Shown here: in pieces, positions 60,194 to 64,000 of the stretch
Numbering within the stretch: the first letter of the stretch is position 1
Layout of the letters: the number at the start of each line of letters is the position of its first letter
Made by a program: the position numbers and the translations under genes
Notes under the pieces: generated by a model
Databases searched by the model: none
Told to the model about the DNA's origin: nothing
What the model saw: the letters and a program-made list of their open reading frames with translations, nothing else
Assembly: GCA_951406725.2 (NCBI GenBank)
Contig: OX597835.1
Location: 30,876,001-30,940,000, forward strand
DNA: 64,000 bases
Source: Octopus vulgaris
Lineage: Eukaryota
Direction of reading: 5' to 3'

Positions 60194-60480
60194 CATTTCT
60201 TCTTATTCTTATTCTTCTTCTTCCATTTCTTCTCCTCCTTCTTTTTCTCCTACTCCTTCTCCTTCTTCTTCGATTTCTTCTTCTTCTCCTTCTTCTTCTT
60301 CTTCTTCTTCTTCTTCTTCTTCTTCTTCTTCTTCTTCTTTGTTTTTTGCTTCTACCCCCTCCTCCCTTCCTTTACATCATCATCATGATCATCATCATCA
60401 TCATCATAATCTTCATCATCATCATCATCATCATCATCAATACCATCATCATCAACATTCTCGTCGTCATCATTGCCATT
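59965..60480. repeat. Compound (CTT)n/(ATT)n/(CAT)n microsatellite
   Basis: Direct reading. Confidence 0.9.
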
Positions 60481-60780
60481 TGTTGTTTGTTCTTCTTATC
60501 CTTGTCCCCCTTTTTCTCCCTCTCTTCTTCTCGTTCTGTCCCTCGATGTTTCATTCTATAATAGTTCAATACCAAACATTTGCAGCTAGCAATTTGTCAC
60601 AAGTGGAACGCCCACTTTCCATCTGAGAACACTGTACTACACGCATGCACACACACACACATATATACACACAGGCACGCATGCAATGAGAAACGCGCCT
60701 GCATATCGCACCAATGAGCTCATCTTTACACATACAAATATAGACACACGCAAATATATGAGCATACACACACTCACACT

Positions 60781-60815
<35 letters not shown>

Positions 60816-60871
60816 TTATACACATTTATACATTCATACATACATATATATATATATATATATACACATAC

Positions 60872-60958
<87 letters not shown>

Positions 60959-61139
60959 ATGTATGTATACATATAAACACACACATATTCATATATATAT
61001 ATACATTTATATATGTTTATGTTTGTGTGTGTCTTGTGTGTTTCTCTGTAAACCGTAAAACATGTGATATGGAGACGGCCTATTTCTTGTTTCCGTCTCC
61101 AAACAAACTTTCTCCAAAGCCATTTCCTTGTCCAATTGC

Positions 61140-61305
61140 GAAGCACCACCACCAGCATAACAACCACCGTTACCACCACCAACACCACCACCAGCCCTAC
61201 AATTATCAGTAGAAACATCACCACCTCCACCACAACAACAACAACAACTACTACTACTATTATTACAGCCGCCGCCGCCACCACCACAACCACCACTGCC
61301 TCCAC

Positions 61306-61345
<40 letters not shown>

Positions 61346-61842
61346 AACAAACTCTGCAACTATTACCGGCACTAACATTTCCACTCGCAAGAACAAAGTC
61401 TGATTTCTATGAAAAGATGCAATTAAAGTTTAACGTAACGACAGCAGCAATAGCTACTACCACCACAACCACAACCACTACTACTACTACTACTAACGCC
61501 ACCACCACTGCCATCACAACCACCACCACCGCCACAACCACAACCATAACAACTACCACCACCACAACCACCAACAAAACCACCACCATCACACCACCTC
61601 CAACACCGTCTACCTTCACCTCCACCAACAGCACCACTAACACCAACCACTACACCACCACCACCACTACCACCGCCACTAATGCTATCACAACAGCACC
61701 GAGCGTACCTGATCATTAACGTTCGTCAACAACCACTAACAACTACAACCCCCACACACACCACCACTCCAACTAACACCGCTACCGTTTTATAAACACC
61801 ACCGCTGACATCTACAAACATACTATTAACGGCCATCAATAC

Positions 61843-61875
<33 letters not shown>

Positions 61876-62802
61876 ACCTAGCTTGTAGTTTTTCCCCGCC
61901 ATAAATACCATCAACATACATATTAACCTCCATTAATGACAATCAAACCCTCACCGCCAGCAACTATTGCAGTCAGCAGCTCTACCACCACCACCACCAC
62001 CACCACCTTCACCACCATCGCCGCCGCCATCACCACCACCACTAACATTACCCCCACTACCACTACCAATAGCATCACCACCAACATCATCTCCATCACC
62101 GTCGTTAACATCACCACCACAAACACCATCACCACTACTACCACCACCAGGGCTCTGTCGCTATGATTATCATCAGACCTTATCATTAACACCACCACCA
62201 CCACCACTACCACCACCGCTATCAAGTATCACCGCTATTGCAGAAATCATCATCGTCGCCGTCGTCGTTGTCACCGTGGTTACCATTATCATCATAATCA
62301 TAATCATCATCATCATCATAATTATGATAAGCGTCGAAGACGTCGTCGTCATTATCATCACCATTATCATAATCATATTCGTCATCTTAACCATTATCAC
62401 CATCATCGTCGACATCTTCATCATCATCGACACCTTCATCATCATTACCGTCACCACCACCACCATCATCATCATCATCGTCGTCATCATCATCGATATC
62501 ATCATCATCATCATTATCACCGTCGCGTCGTCGTCGTCGTCATTGACATCATCATCGGCAGCATTATCATCATCACCATCATCATCATCATTATCATCAT
62601 CATCATCATCGTCATCCTCATCGTCATCATCCTCCTCCTCCTCCTCCTCCTCCTCATCATCATCATCATCATCATCATCGTCATCCTCATTATCGTTTTG
62701 GGGAGAGGATGAGCCGATTATAATAATAATAATAATAATAATAGTAATAATAATAATAATAATAATAATATAATAATAATAATAGTAATAATAATAATGA
62801 TG

Positions 62803-62839
<37 letters not shown>

Positions 62840-62840
62840 T
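61140..62840. repeat. (CAC/CAT/TAC/AAT) trinucleotide mosaic
   Basis: Direct reading. Confidence 0.9.
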
Positions 62841-63670
62841 AAAAGTAATAGGCGGGTAAAGAAAATAAAAGAATGTATCGTCAATTTCATTGGGATGCTG
62901 GAGATAATGCAGACAGAGAGAAAAGATGGCTGTGGATGACTAAAAGTGTTTTAAAACCGGAAATAGAGGCTCAGATTTGTGCTGCCGAAGAGCAAGCACT
63001 AAGGACAATCTACATAAAATACAGAATAGACAAAACAGCAGAAAGTGATAAGTGCAGAATCTGTGGAGAAAACGGTGAAACTGTATGGCATATTACCAGC
63101 CATTGCGTGCCCCTAGCCCAGAAGGAATTTAAGAGCCCCTATGACAATGTAGCCAATGTTGTCCATTGGACACTGCGACAAGTATGGACTTGACAGAGCA
63201 GGTGCCGTCGAAAATGGAAATGCAAAGATCCTATGGGATTCTATGATTCAGTGCGACCATGAGGTAGGGAATAGGAAGGCAGGCATAGATTAATTGAGAA
63301 AGAAAACAAAGTATGCTGGATCATAGATATAGCATGCCCAGCTGACAACAAGGAATGCGATAAGGAAGAAAGAAAAGTCGAGAGATATGACAGGCTAGCT
63401 TGGGAAGTAGAGCAGTTGTGGTCGATGAAAAAGGTAGTAATGATACCAATGATTTTCAGAGCCCTGGGAACAGTGAGCAAAAATCTCGAGAAATACGTGG
63501 AGCAAATAGGGACTGCAATAAAGATGGAGAACTTGCAGAAAACAGCACTGATTGGAACCGCTCGAATACTCCGGTCGGCGCTCGAAATATAAGAAGTGTT
63601 ACCTTAGTTCATTGGTTATGAACAGCTGACAATGTAGTACATCTCCAGCGTTAGAAGCTGGGTAAAGGCG
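62840..63670 (+). mobile_element. R4/Dong-like LINE 3' fragment (CCHC knuckle plus RLE), family D, in (AAT)n
   Basis: CRICGENGETVWHITSHC zinc knuckle; then frameshifted ILWDSMIQCD..IIDIACPAD..KVERYDRLAWEV..LIGTARILRSALEI* (stop 63590-63592); (AAT)n on both sides. Confidence 0.92.
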
Positions 63671-63682
63671 ATGATGATGATG

Positions 63683-63714
<32 letters not shown>

Positions 63715-63807
63715 TATAATAATGATGATAATAATAATAATAACAACAACAACAAAAATAATAATGATAACAATAATAACAATAATAATAATAATAACAA
63801 TAATAAC

Positions 63808-63844
<37 letters not shown>

Positions 63845-63956
63845 TAATAATAATAATAATGATAATATTGATTATATTGAAAGACTTTATTTTATGCATG
63901 TATATATATATATGTTTATATATATATCTATATATAAATGTATGTATATATGAATA

Positions 63957-64000
<44 letters not shown>

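Overview
Repeat-saturated eukaryotic non-coding DNA with no intact protein-coding gene. The repeat families resemble those of octopus/coleoid cephalopods; this is from recall, not a database search. Almost every ORF in the supplied track is a translated microsatellite. Identifiable content: (1) several tRNA-derived SINE families in many copies; (2) 3' fragments of restriction-like-endonuclease (R4/Dong-type) LINEs beside (AAT)n arrays, together with a 555-bp non-coding element in the same arrays; (3) a Tx1-like and an RTE-like LINE tail; (4) a decayed near-full-length mariner, a maT-like fragment and a TIR-bounded MITE with internal TTAGGG repeats; (5) a 17-copy 58-bp minisatellite. The most interesting signal is a set of short elements, mostly in or beside (TA)n arrays, carrying hammerhead ribozyme (HHR) motifs. 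One HHR has a fully canonical core (56359-56441). Another is a minimal HHR with a U3-A8 compensatory change inside a 362-bp partial-tandem plus inverted unit (36674-37258). These look like Penelope-like/retrozyme-like RNAs. All alignments and folds were done by eye, and element boundaries are approximate.
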